Source: Promethearchaeota archaeon Loki_b31
Lineage (GTDB): Archaea; Asgardarchaeota; Lokiarchaeia; Sigyniarchaeales; SOKP01
DNA length: 26,417 nucleotides
Assembly: GCA_005222975.1 (NCBI GenBank)
Contig: NJBI01000049.1
Location: forward strand, 1 to 26,417
Direction of reading: 5' to 3'
The translations under genes and the position numbers were made by a program. Below are positions 1 to 7,955 of the stretch, piece by piece. Numbering within the stretch: position 1 is the stretch's first letter; each line of letters begins with the position of its first letter. The notes beneath the pieces were generated by a model. It was not told the origin of the DNA and ran no database searches. It saw only the letters and a list, made by a program, of their open reading frames with translations.

Positions 1-45
1 TATCAAGGTAACTTGTCCTTTAGGTCCAACTTTTAATTTGGTCAT
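1..45 (-). CDS. AbrB/MazE/SpoVT-family DNA-binding protein (probable antitoxin), 5' end only; runs off the window
   Basis: Not in the ORF track. The reverse complement of 1-45 reads MTKLKVGPKGQVTLI, matching the AbrB N-terminal 'KVGxKGQVTIP' signature. Confidence 0.75.
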   Translation of the reverse strand, partial: MTKLKVGPKGQVTLI

Positions 46-75
46 ACTATAAAAATAGTAATACCTCTATTTAAG
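45..75 (-). promoter_or_regulatory. TATA box and palindromic operator upstream of the AbrB-like gene
   Basis: Minus-strand CTTAAATA (68-75) lies 23-30 nt before the ATG, which is leaderless-type spacing. Perfect palindrome TACTAT-aaaa-ATAGTA at 45-60. Confidence 0.4.
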
Positions 76-238
76 TCTTACTTCTTTTATGATTTTTTTT
101 TACTTTAATGTAATGACAAGGATTGATAAAATTTTAAATTATGTTAGAACAATTTCAAAAGAAGAAAAGCTTATTACTGGTTAATCTTCAACAGATTATA
201 ATATTAAAAATCTTTAGGTATAACTTAATTGTTATTAA

Positions 239-487
239 TATATTTGGTATCCTGAAATTAAATGGACTGAAATTTTACGTCAATCCATTATAAATTACCT
301 CAAAAATCTGGAAGAAATTGATGTTATATCAATTAAAGATTTCAGAGAACGTTTAGATCCAGAATTGCTACAGAAAATTGAGGAACTAGATGAACAAGAA
401 GAAATTTTGCTTTATAAAGAAGCAAAAAAAATGGAACAAGAGAGATTGAATCGTTTACAAGATTTAGAGAGGAGTTCAGATAAGTAA
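239..487 (+). pseudogene. vapB: RHH-type VapB antitoxin, N-terminally truncated (no in-frame start before the RHH motif)
   Basis: Frame reads YIWYPEIKWTEILRQSIINYLKNLEE...ERSSDK*. YPEIKWTEILRQSI matches the archaeal RHH antitoxin motif. Its TAA (485-487) overlaps the vapC ATG (TAATG). An in-frame stop lies at 236-238. Confidence 0.6.
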
Positions 488-846
488 TGTGGTTATTGGA
501 TACTAGTGTATTAATACAATGTAATAAATCGAAAATAAGACCATTTAAAAAAGGCATTATATTTACTACTATTCTGTCACTTATTGAGTTTCCTATAGCT
601 ATAAAATATAAAGAGATTTCAGTAATATACCCTTCGTCCATACATTATGAGCAAGGATTTAAAAATGCATTGTTGTTGAGAGAAAAAGGCACTCCTATAC
701 CCACGGTTGACATTTTGATTGGTACTATTACTGTTGATAAAAACCTTATATTGGTCTCGGATGATTCTCATTTTGAATATCTTCAAGAAGTAGAACCTCG
801 CTTAAAAATTATTAATTCAGAGACATTTATTAAAAAGATTCAATAG
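487..846 (+). CDS. vapC: PIN-domain VapC toxin (short)
   Basis: LLDTSVLI, LIEF, TVDILI and LVSDDSHF carry the PIN acidic residues. Coupled to the upstream antitoxin. Confidence 0.85.
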   Translation: MWLLDTSVLIQCNKSKIRPFKKGIIFTTILSLIEFPIAIKYKEISVIYPSSIHYEQGFKNALLLREKGTPIPTVDILIGTITVDKNLILVSDDSHFEYLQEVEPRLKIINSETFIKKIQ

Positions 847-1050
847 GGAAGTAGCTTCAAAGAATTGGATTAGATGGTGCAAACTATAAAGAAATTTCTT
901 ATAAGTTAATACGCCTGAGATTTACGGTAAGAATAATCTTAACATTAATCTAAAAATATCCACTCAGCAGAAGTGACAATAAAAAAAAAAATTAATCGGA
1001 TAACTCGCTTAATATAAGAACCTAATATAAAACTTAATTCAGTTTTCTGT

Positions 1051-1096
1051 TAATAAAAAAAGCTAAAATACCTTAATAAAAAAAGCTAAAATACCT
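1051..1096. repeat. Perfect 23-bp tandem duplication
   Basis: TAATAAAAAAAGCTAAAATACCT at 1051-1073 and 1074-1096. Confidence 0.9.
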
Positions 1097-1207
1097 ACTA
1101 CTCTCCGATGATTTAATATATTGGAATTATTATTAATATATAAGAAATAATTCAATTCTTTATTAATTAAATAATTATCAATTCTTTTAAAACACGAGGA
1201 TTTTAAA

Positions 1208-1504
1208 ATGCTACTTGATAAAACCCTTATTCTCAAGGTACTAAAAGAAATAAAAAAGGAAATAAAATCTAAATATAGGGTAAAGGCTATTGGTTTATTT
1301 GGTTCATATGTCAAAGATATGCAAAATGATTCGAGTGACATTGACTTTTTAGTAGAATTTGAAAAAGGTGCAGATTTATTTCACTTCATGGGTTTGATCT
1401 TCTTTCTGGAAGAAAAATTTAATCGAAAGGTTGATGTAATTTCGAAACCAGCTTTAAAGGAGGATTTAAGGGAAAATATTCTTCAAGAGGTTATATATGA
1501 GTAA
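1208..1504 (+). CDS. mntA: Minimal nucleotidyltransferase (MntA-type antitoxin)
   Basis: LFGSY...SDIDFLV (GS-x10-DxD) and KVDVI motifs; 98 aa; overlaps the HEPN gene. Confidence 0.9.
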   Translation: MLLDKTLILKVLKEIKKEIKSKYRVKAIGLFGSYVKDMQNDSSDIDFLVEFEKGADLFHFMGLIFFLEEKFNRKVDVISKPALKEDLRENILQEVIYE

Positions 1505-1847
1505 AGATCAATTTAGATATCTTAAAGATATCAAGAAGGCAATATTAAGCATAGAATCTTTTGTAGAAGGAATGAATTTTGAAGAGTTCAATAATGACGA
1601 TAAAACTACGAGTGCAGTGATAAGAAAATTAGAAATCATTGGAGAAGCAACAAAAAGCATTTCTAATACTATCAGGGATAAATACTCTCAAATACCTTGG
1701 AAAGAAATGGCTGGTATGAGAGATAGATTGATTCATGGTTACTCAGAAGTTGATTTCAATTTAGTATGGGAAACCATACAAAAAAAATTAACTGAACTGA
1801 AGTCAGAAATCCAGAAAATTTTGGATGAAGAAAAAGAAGTAGCATAA
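1497..1847 (+). CDS. hepT: HEPN (DUF86/HepT) RNase toxin
   Basis: AVIRKLEIIGEA, IPWKEMAGMRDRLIHGY (Rx4HxY); 8-nt overlap with MNT. Confidence 0.9.
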   Translation: MSKDQFRYLKDIKKAILSIESFVEGMNFEEFNNDDKTTSAVIRKLEIIGEATKSISNTIRDKYSQIPWKEMAGMRDRLIHGYSEVDFNLVWETIQKKLTELKSEIQKILDEEKEVA

Positions 1848-1954
1848 ACATAATATCCACACGCAATGGGAAATATCTCTTTTTTATTGTGCTCAGAATA
1901 CTCAAATCGTAATCAAAGAACATATAGGATTAATAAATAATGAAAAATGGAAAA

Positions 1955-2488
1955 TTATAGAGACTCATTGAGTTTTTGTTTAATGAATGCGTGCCTTTCT
2001 GGTCGCGTTTTGATTTTCTCTAAGTCATCTTTATATTTTTCACGGATTATTTGTTGTTTAAAGTACATGTATACGGCGTCATAAACAGGGAATTCCTTTT
2101 CCAATGCTTCGTGATCTGAATCTACTAAAAACGGAGCTCCAACTGCTACAAGTTCTAAAGCCCACGCGAGAGGTTCCTCATTTATTCCTCCCGTATCTGC
2201 AGCTCTAACAAGTTTTCTAACTCCTTGCAACGCCTCGTCGCTTTCGAGCTCATATTTTTCCACGATGGCGTCAAATGTGCAATGCTTCTCACCGTTGCAT
2301 ACATGGTGATCAAGTTCTACTCCCGAACCACCAGTATCAAATGGAATTGCTCCAGTGTTCTCTACGAAATCGGATATTTCTTCTCTTGGGAGGAAAACGA
2401 ATTGAGCGCGTTTATCAACGAATCTTTTGATTAACCAGGGGCTAGCTACCCTATCAATATGTACATAATCTCGAGTTACCCATATCAT
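1955..2488 (-). CDS. Chromate-resistance ChrB-family domain protein (stand-alone, ChrF-like)
   Basis: WVTRDYVHIDRVASPWLIKRFVD, GAIPFD, H...CTFDAIVEKY, VRAADT. Confidence 0.85.
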   Translation of the reverse strand: MIWVTRDYVHIDRVASPWLIKRFVDKRAQFVFLPREEISDFVENTGAIPFDTGGSGVELDHHVCNGEKHCTFDAIVEKYELESDEALQGVRKLVRAADTGGINEEPLAWALELVAVGAPFLVDSDHEALEKEFPVYDAVYMYFKQQIIREKYKDDLEKIKTRPERHAFIKQKLNESL

Positions 2489-2692
2489 TTTTTTATCAAT
2501 TTTTATTTAGTTTTAGTTTGGTATTAGATAAGCGAAACAATTGAAAATTTAGAGAAAGTTATCAGGGTTTTAAGAAAGATAGTTCAAGAAGATTTTTAAA
2601 CCCATGAAATTCCCCCTAAATACTAACATGTAATTCTAAGGAAAACCGAAATCTATTTATGACTCCAAACATTTTTCTTAATCAGTTTTATA

Positions 2693-3400
2693 ATGAAGAC
2701 AAAAACAGAAAAAGGCGACCATGAGTCGTGCCAATCCACTATAAATCCCAGCGAGTGGAAGGGAAGAACGATAGAAATTGACGATGCTGGGACGGGTGAT
2801 CTCGTCGGAGATGCCTTTATTGGCTTTCGAGACATGAACACGGGAAAGATTATTTTTCAATCGGTTCCAGTTGGCCTCTATAACGAAGAGAACAAGGAAG
2901 AAGATGGACCGAAGAAACATATTAAAAAGATAGTTATCAAAGCTCTTAGAGCACTTAATCACAGCGAGGGTGATAGAATACTCCTATGCCGGGGTAATTG
3001 TTTTGATCTAGTTAGAGAATATTTTGACGAGAACAAGATATATTACGAGCCGGCAATAGTCGAAGGAAAGCTCCAGGACGCTGTGGAGGGTAGATTTATT
3101 CAACACCTCAGAAAATTAGGAGTGCGCTCGAACAATCTTACGACGGACTCGGGCATCCAGAGATACTTTCTCTTGTTTAATTGGGTATGTCGGAACTTCC
3201 CAAATCGGGAGTGCTACGTTAAGACGGGCTTCCCATCATGGAAAAAGAAGTGGCGAAAGATTGCCATGGACAGATACCATAATTCTAAGAGGAGTAAGTA
3301 CCAGAGAAGAGAAATAATAGAGCGTAGGGCAAACGAGATTTACCAAAATATGTTTGAGAAGCCCCTTTCAATGGGAAAAGCTGCCTTAGAGGGCAGATGA
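2693..3400 (+). CDS. Uncharacterised protein with an RNase HII-like N-terminal motif (RNase H fold, putative nuclease)
   Basis: IEIDDAGTGDLVG resembles RNase HII 'GxDEAGRGPxxG'. Basic C-terminus. Later RNase HII motifs are not recognisable. Confidence 0.55.
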   Translation: MKTKTEKGDHESCQSTINPSEWKGRTIEIDDAGTGDLVGDAFIGFRDMNTGKIIFQSVPVGLYNEENKEEDGPKKHIKKIVIKALRALNHSEGDRILLCRGNCFDLVREYFDENKIYYEPAIVEGKLQDAVEGRFIQHLRKLGVRSNNLTTDSGIQRYFLLFNWVCRNFPNRECYVKTGFPSWKKKWRKIAMDRYHNSKRSKYQRREIIERRANEIYQNMFEKPLSMGKAALEGR

Positions 3401-3422
3401 TTTATTTCTTAAAATTTTATTA

Positions 3423-3474
3423 TGAACGCTTAAGAAAACACCTCCATTTATGGGGGTGATGAATTAAGCGTTCA
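3423..3474. mobile_element. Nested hairpin resembling an orphan IS200/IS605-family end (may also act as a terminator or RNA element)
   Basis: Perfect 11-bp IR TGAACGCTTAA/TTAAGCGTTCA enclosing GAAAA-CACCTCCA-ttta-TGGGGGTG-ATGAA. The 'TAAGAAA-hairpin-GATGAA' layout resembles IS605-type ends as I recall them. No tnpA/tnpB is adjacent. Confidence 0.5.
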
Positions 3475-3654
3475 AGATAAAATATAAAACTCTAACTTAT
3501 ACTTAACCGTTCTAAATAGTTCTTTTTTTTCTATCTTAAAGATTAACATAAATTTTCACATAAGATTGCGAATTTAAAATTTCTTGCTTACAAATTTGTT
3601 AAGTATCTCAAGTTCGATATTAATGTTTTTATACTTATTTATCCTATAAGTTAT

Positions 3655-6306
3655 TTAACTTATTTCTTGATTTTTTTCTTTAGCAAAGCATTCTTGATAA
3701 CTTTTTAAGCGTTTGATAAAAAATTCTGATGAATTTAAGACTTTATTTAGATTGCTAAATGAGACTTTATCAAAATATCCATATTCGTTATACAAAAAGC
3801 TTATAAAGGTTTTCAAACTTCGGCACATTTCTTTCATGGAAGTTTGGGTTAAAATAATTTTATTTTTTATTATGTAATATCCCAAAAATTTGGAAATGAC
3901 ATCAGAATTTATGTATCTCTCGAGGTTATGCTCGATAAAAGTATCTTCTTTATTTTTTATTATATTAATTAAATAAGTTAGAAAAAATTCGACATTTTCG
4001 ACCTTTTTATCGATAGTTTTTTCTTGTAATCCTTTATCTTCTAGAAATATTTCAAAATCATTATTTAAGTAATCAATAAATTGAATCACATTGGAGTAAT
4101 TGTTTGAATCGTTATTTACTTTCTCGAGAATATAAAATGCGACACACCATTTAAAAGGTTTCCTTAAACAACGATTTGGGCAAGTATCGCATTCTGTAAT
4201 CAATTTTGTTACTGTATCAATTAAAATCGCGGCAATAGCATCTATTGAAATAAAAAAGCAAAAGAACTCAAAAATAGGGTTTTTTTTTAATTTTTCATTC
4301 TCTAAAATCGTTTCAGTATCAATTTCAAAGGAAAAAGTATTTTTCCTTTTCACTAAAGTATTTAAGATTTGGTCAGATGTGATTTTAGAGAGCTCAAAGC
4401 ATAACATTATAAATTCTTCTGAAAGAATCAAATATGATAAATTCAAATTATTTTTATTGTATGACTCATAAAAATTATGTGCCAACAGTATTGTTAGCTC
4501 ATAGGCGAACCAATTTTTCATAATATGATCTTCATTGTTTGGAAAAAAATATTGGCTGTTTTCTAATCGAGCATTAAGATTATCTATAAATTTTTCGTCT
4601 TTATACTTAGTTCCTTGTAATCTAACTACCTTAAGGGCGTTTAAAACAATTGATTCTGCCGAATTTAACAATTCATTAATTTCATTTGGCGATATTCCAA
4701 TATTTTTTAAAGAGTCTCTCGGTTTAATCCTTTCGTAAAACCAAAAACGAGTTAAGAAATTAATTAATCTCCCTGGATTCAGCGAACCCGCTAACCAAAG
4801 GCAATTTTTAAATGGTTTTAGAATTTGGCAAGAACTAATTGCTAGTTGCATGTGAAAGTTAAAATCAAATGGACAAAATCGTAATAAAAGACTTGTCAAT
4901 AATGCTGAGCTATGGAAATACCCACCAATTTCAAGTAAAAAAGAAAGGTCCATATATGTTTCAATCTTATAAGGATCGATATTTAGGCTTTTTAAGTGAT
5001 ATTTAATAGCATTATAATATTTTTTCTGTTCACCAAGCAATTTACCTTTAAAATATAATGCTACGGCGCTATCTGAACGTATTTTTAATAGTTTATTGAT
5101 AAAAAATAATGCTTTTTGAAATTTCCCTTTATAATATAACTTTTTTGCCTCTTTTATTAACGATTTTTCTTGATTGCTAGAAAAATAGTCTTTAAAATTA
5201 CCCCAACTTGAATTGATAAATTTTATTTTTTGAAGATATGAATTTGAAATAGTATTTAAAAAATTAATATGTTTTTGTAATTCTAAATTTATTCCTTTTG
5301 GCAACTTAAAAAATTCATAATCGTCTACATTCAAATAAGGTGTATTTTCGTTAAATGGTATAATATCATTAATAAATTTCTCAACATCAAGTATATCTTC
5401 TATTTCTTCTTGATTATTCACATTCTCAAAAAGAGAAGTAATTTGTCCCTCATCTATATAATTAAAAGCACTTGCAACATATTTAAAAAACGACTCTTCA
5501 TCAACATTTAAATCCTTAATTAATTCAGGAAATGTTTTTTCCAGAACATACCCAGAGTTAAAAAATGTTTGATATAAAATTAATAACCTGAAAAAATATA
5601 TATCCTGCTTTGATTTAAGCGTAATAATTTTAACGATCCTTGATGGTAAAAGATCTATTTTCAGAAAAGTATCGATAAAGAATAAAATTTTAAAAAAAAT
5701 AGAATCGTCTATAGTTTTAAACAATTCTAAAATTGCGTCTACAACCAATTTTTCTGGTTTTTTTTCAAAATAATAGATTACTTGATTAAATTTAAGCTCA
5801 TCGTTAAAGTATTCGTTTAAATTTAAAGAAAAATTGATTATATCATTCTTAATTTGTATTATTTCCTTTCTTTTAATAAAGTTTAGGTTAGTAATCATAT
5901 TATTATTCAAATTTGAATTTTTATCTAACTCTTTTTTTAATTTGGTCTTATTGTAGAGGTTTCGAAAGATCTCTTGATTAATTTTTGTATTTAAGATTTT
6001 CTGCATTGTAAGGTAATTTATAAATTTTTTAAGAATTACTTGAATCTTTATAATTTTATTCTTTGAATAATCCGGGAATTTAATTGGAATTGTTTTTGAT
6101 AGATAATTGTTAATAAAAGACGAGTTAAAATAATTATCCACATCTCTTTTTTTAGATAATTCTTCCAAAAATAGCAAAATATTCGTTTTTATAAATTTTA
6201 TATATTCTTTAGAATCATCATATCCTTGTAAAGTATTACAAAAATCATTTAAATGCAATTTACAATTTTCAATTAAATTATTTTTAGTTATATCTCTTTC
6301 TTTCAT
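3655..6306 (-). CDS. Large TPR protein with putative integrase-N (SAM-like) helical domains at both ends and a Cys4 motif
   Basis: TPRs: ALYFKGKLLG...AIKYHLKSLNIDPYKIETYMDLS. C-terminus: FEIFLEDKGLQEKTIDKKVENVEFFL...ISKFLGYY...SLKTFISFL. Similar N-terminal pattern: FINNYL...ILKKFINYL. Cys motif: CDTCPNRC-x7-C. Confidence 0.6.
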   Translation of the reverse strand: MKERDITKNNLIENCKLHLNDFCNTLQGYDDSKEYIKFIKTNILLFLEELSKKRDVDNYFNSSFINNYLSKTIPIKFPDYSKNKIIKIQVILKKFINYLTMQKILNTKINQEIFRNLYNKTKLKKELDKNSNLNNNMITNLNFIKRKEIIQIKNDIINFSLNLNEYFNDELKFNQVIYYFEKKPEKLVVDAILELFKTIDDSIFFKILFFIDTFLKIDLLPSRIVKIITLKSKQDIYFFRLLILYQTFFNSGYVLEKTFPELIKDLNVDEESFFKYVASAFNYIDEGQITSLFENVNNQEEIEDILDVEKFINDIIPFNENTPYLNVDDYEFFKLPKGINLELQKHINFLNTISNSYLQKIKFINSSWGNFKDYFSSNQEKSLIKEAKKLYYKGKFQKALFFINKLLKIRSDSAVALYFKGKLLGEQKKYYNAIKYHLKSLNIDPYKIETYMDLSFLLEIGGYFHSSALLTSLLLRFCPFDFNFHMQLAISSCQILKPFKNCLWLAGSLNPGRLINFLTRFWFYERIKPRDSLKNIGISPNEINELLNSAESIVLNALKVVRLQGTKYKDEKFIDNLNARLENSQYFFPNNEDHIMKNWFAYELTILLAHNFYESYNKNNLNLSYLILSEEFIMLCFELSKITSDQILNTLVKRKNTFSFEIDTETILENEKLKKNPIFEFFCFFISIDAIAAILIDTVTKLITECDTCPNRCLRKPFKWCVAFYILEKVNNDSNNYSNVIQFIDYLNNDFEIFLEDKGLQEKTIDKKVENVEFFLTYLINIIKNKEDTFIEHNLERYINSDVISKFLGYYIIKNKIILTQTSMKEMCRSLKTFISFLYNEYGYFDKVSFSNLNKVLNSSEFFIKRLKSYQECFAKEKNQEIS

Positions 6307-6473
6307 GAATATAACTAAAATAACTATAATTTTAAACTACTTTATTAAAACTCTAATAAATCTGAAAGATTAACTCATAAAAAAACCCGTTTTAATATCT
6401 TATAGATGATCTTAATGCCGACAAATTTATCAAATTAAAAAAAGATAGTTGAAAAAGATTTTTAAATGGAAGA

Positions 6474-7955
6474 TTAATTCGGAGTAGTAATAATTTTAAC
6501 AGGAACTAACCCTTTCCATTCGATTTTATAACCGATATAATCTAATGCACTTAGGGTTAAATTTCTCTCAGATATTATTCTTATTACTTTTTTATAGTTA
6601 TCTTCTTCACCAATTTCTTCCTTTATTTGTTGTAAATAGTTTTGAGAGACGATCTTATCTCCAATAACATGATGATTATTTAATTTTAATTTCTTTAAGA
6701 CTTCAACTCTCACATTCAATTCTTTGGCTTTTTCTTCTATTGAAACAATATCTTCTGTTATTTCTACGGTCTTAACTTTATCTATTTCTGCTTTAATATG
6801 CATATCATCAATCTTTTTTAAAATTTTAATTATTGGTTTTATGGGAATTCTCTCTTCATAAAAAATTACTTCTCCTGGAAAATCTTCTTGTTCGCAATTT
6901 AAATTTTGGTTTACGGCAACCATTATCTTAGTTTCAGCGTTTTTTAATTTCCAAATTTTTTTCTTTATATATTCAGGGGTCCAAAATCCTACAACTTCCA
7001 AGAAAATCTCTTGTCCATACTTATAAAATCCAAAATCTGGAATTGTTATGTAATTTTTTGTTCTTATAATAGTTGGTTCTCTTTTAATTTCCCATCCTGA
7101 ATTATATAATTTAAAATCTTTATAGAATTGTGCTTCCACTTCGCTGTCAAAATCGTCAATTTCAGTTTTATTTTTATGTAGTAAGATAGAATCCGAGGAA
7201 TTCAACTTGAAATCATAAATTTTTTGTTCATTTCCCCACTTCATTTCAATCTTAGCCGAAAGACTCCATTTATCAGCATTAATAACATAATTAAGAAGTT
7301 TAGCGAATGATGTACCGTACTTTTTTGTTTTTTTAAATAAAGAAGCTGGACCTGTTATTTTAATTTCAAATCTTTCATTTTCATTTTTTTCGACTTCATA
7401 CATCAATCCAAGGTAATTAATCTGCCTAAAAATCTGTTGATAATTACTTTCAATCGAAATAACTAATTCTAAAGCGTTGAATAATAAAGTTTGCGTTAAA
7501 GATAAATTATATTTTTTTATTAAATCTATAGGGGATATTCGGCGTAAGTTCTTCAATAGATTTTCTTCAGGTAAATCTGAAAAGAACGCATTTTCTATTT
7601 CTTCTTTTAAAGTATTAAAAAAATCGCAAGCTTGTTCGATGATTTGAGTTCTTTCAGTATCATTAGTTACAATTCCTTTTTCAAATAAGAAGGATCTTAC
7701 TTTAATGGCATCAAGGGTTGATTTTATTTCAAATTCGCAATTTTGTTCTAAAAGATTACTTAACCCCCGAATTACTTTATAATCCTTACTTTCTTGCTCA
7801 AAAGTCTTTAATTCTTCTTGTAGAACTTTATACTTTTTCCCTTTAAACTTATTAAAAAGCGATATTAGTAATTCAGCAAATTCAATATTTTGGAGATATT
7901 TCGGCCTAATTGTTCCTTTCCTTTTTATTACAACGAGTAAATCTTTTGAAAGCAT
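6474..7955 (-). CDS. bax1: Bax1 (DUF790) endonuclease, XPB partner
   Basis: MLSKDLL start, YNLSLTQTLL, ITGPASLFKKTKKYG, DSEVE..F, KREP, IPDF, LEVVGFWTPEY (PD-(D/E)xK-like). TAATG-coupled to xpb. Confidence 0.9.
   Translation of the reverse strand: MLSKDLLVVIKRKGTIRPKYLQNIEFAELLISLFNKFKGKKYKVLQEELKTFEQESKDYKVIRGLSNLLEQNCEFEIKSTLDAIKVRSFLFEKGIVTNDTERTQIIEQACDFFNTLKEEIENAFFSDLPEENLLKNLRRISPIDLIKKYNLSLTQTLLFNALELVISIESNYQQIFRQINYLGLMYEVEKNENERFEIKITGPASLFKKTKKYGTSFAKLLNYVINADKWSLSAKIEMKWGNEQKIYDFKLNSSDSILLHKNKTEIDDFDSEVEAQFYKDFKLYNSGWEIKREPTIIRTKNYITIPDFGFYKYGQEIFLEVVGFWTPEYIKKKIWKLKNAETKIMVAVNQNLNCEQEDFPGEVIFYEERIPIKPIIKILKKIDDMHIKAEIDKVKTVEITEDIVSIEEKAKELNVRVEVLKKLKLNNHHVIGDKIVSQNYLQQIKEEIGEEDNYKKVIRIISERNLTLSALDYIGYKIEWKGLVPVKIITTPN

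Noticed and set aside
342-641. Short overlapping ORFs from the track (also 1063-1341, 2225-2434, 2653-2962, 4535-4738, 9662-9967, 10804-10992, 12172-12465, 16587-16865, 16636-16839, 18160-18348, 20844-21104, 22631-22834, 24202-24468, 25242-25478)
   Set aside because: They overlap better-supported genes on the opposite strand or in another frame and carry no recognisable motifs.
855-890. Peptide LQRIGLDGANYK resembling the LeuC/aconitase 'IG.DGA.YK' motif
   Set aside because: Only 12 codons, no start and no flanking similarity; may be chance.
3398-3474. Selenocysteine readthrough of the TGA at 3398-3400 with the hairpin as SECIS
   Set aside because: Readthrough would add only three residues before TAA, there is no redox-motif context, and the hairpin fits an IS end better.
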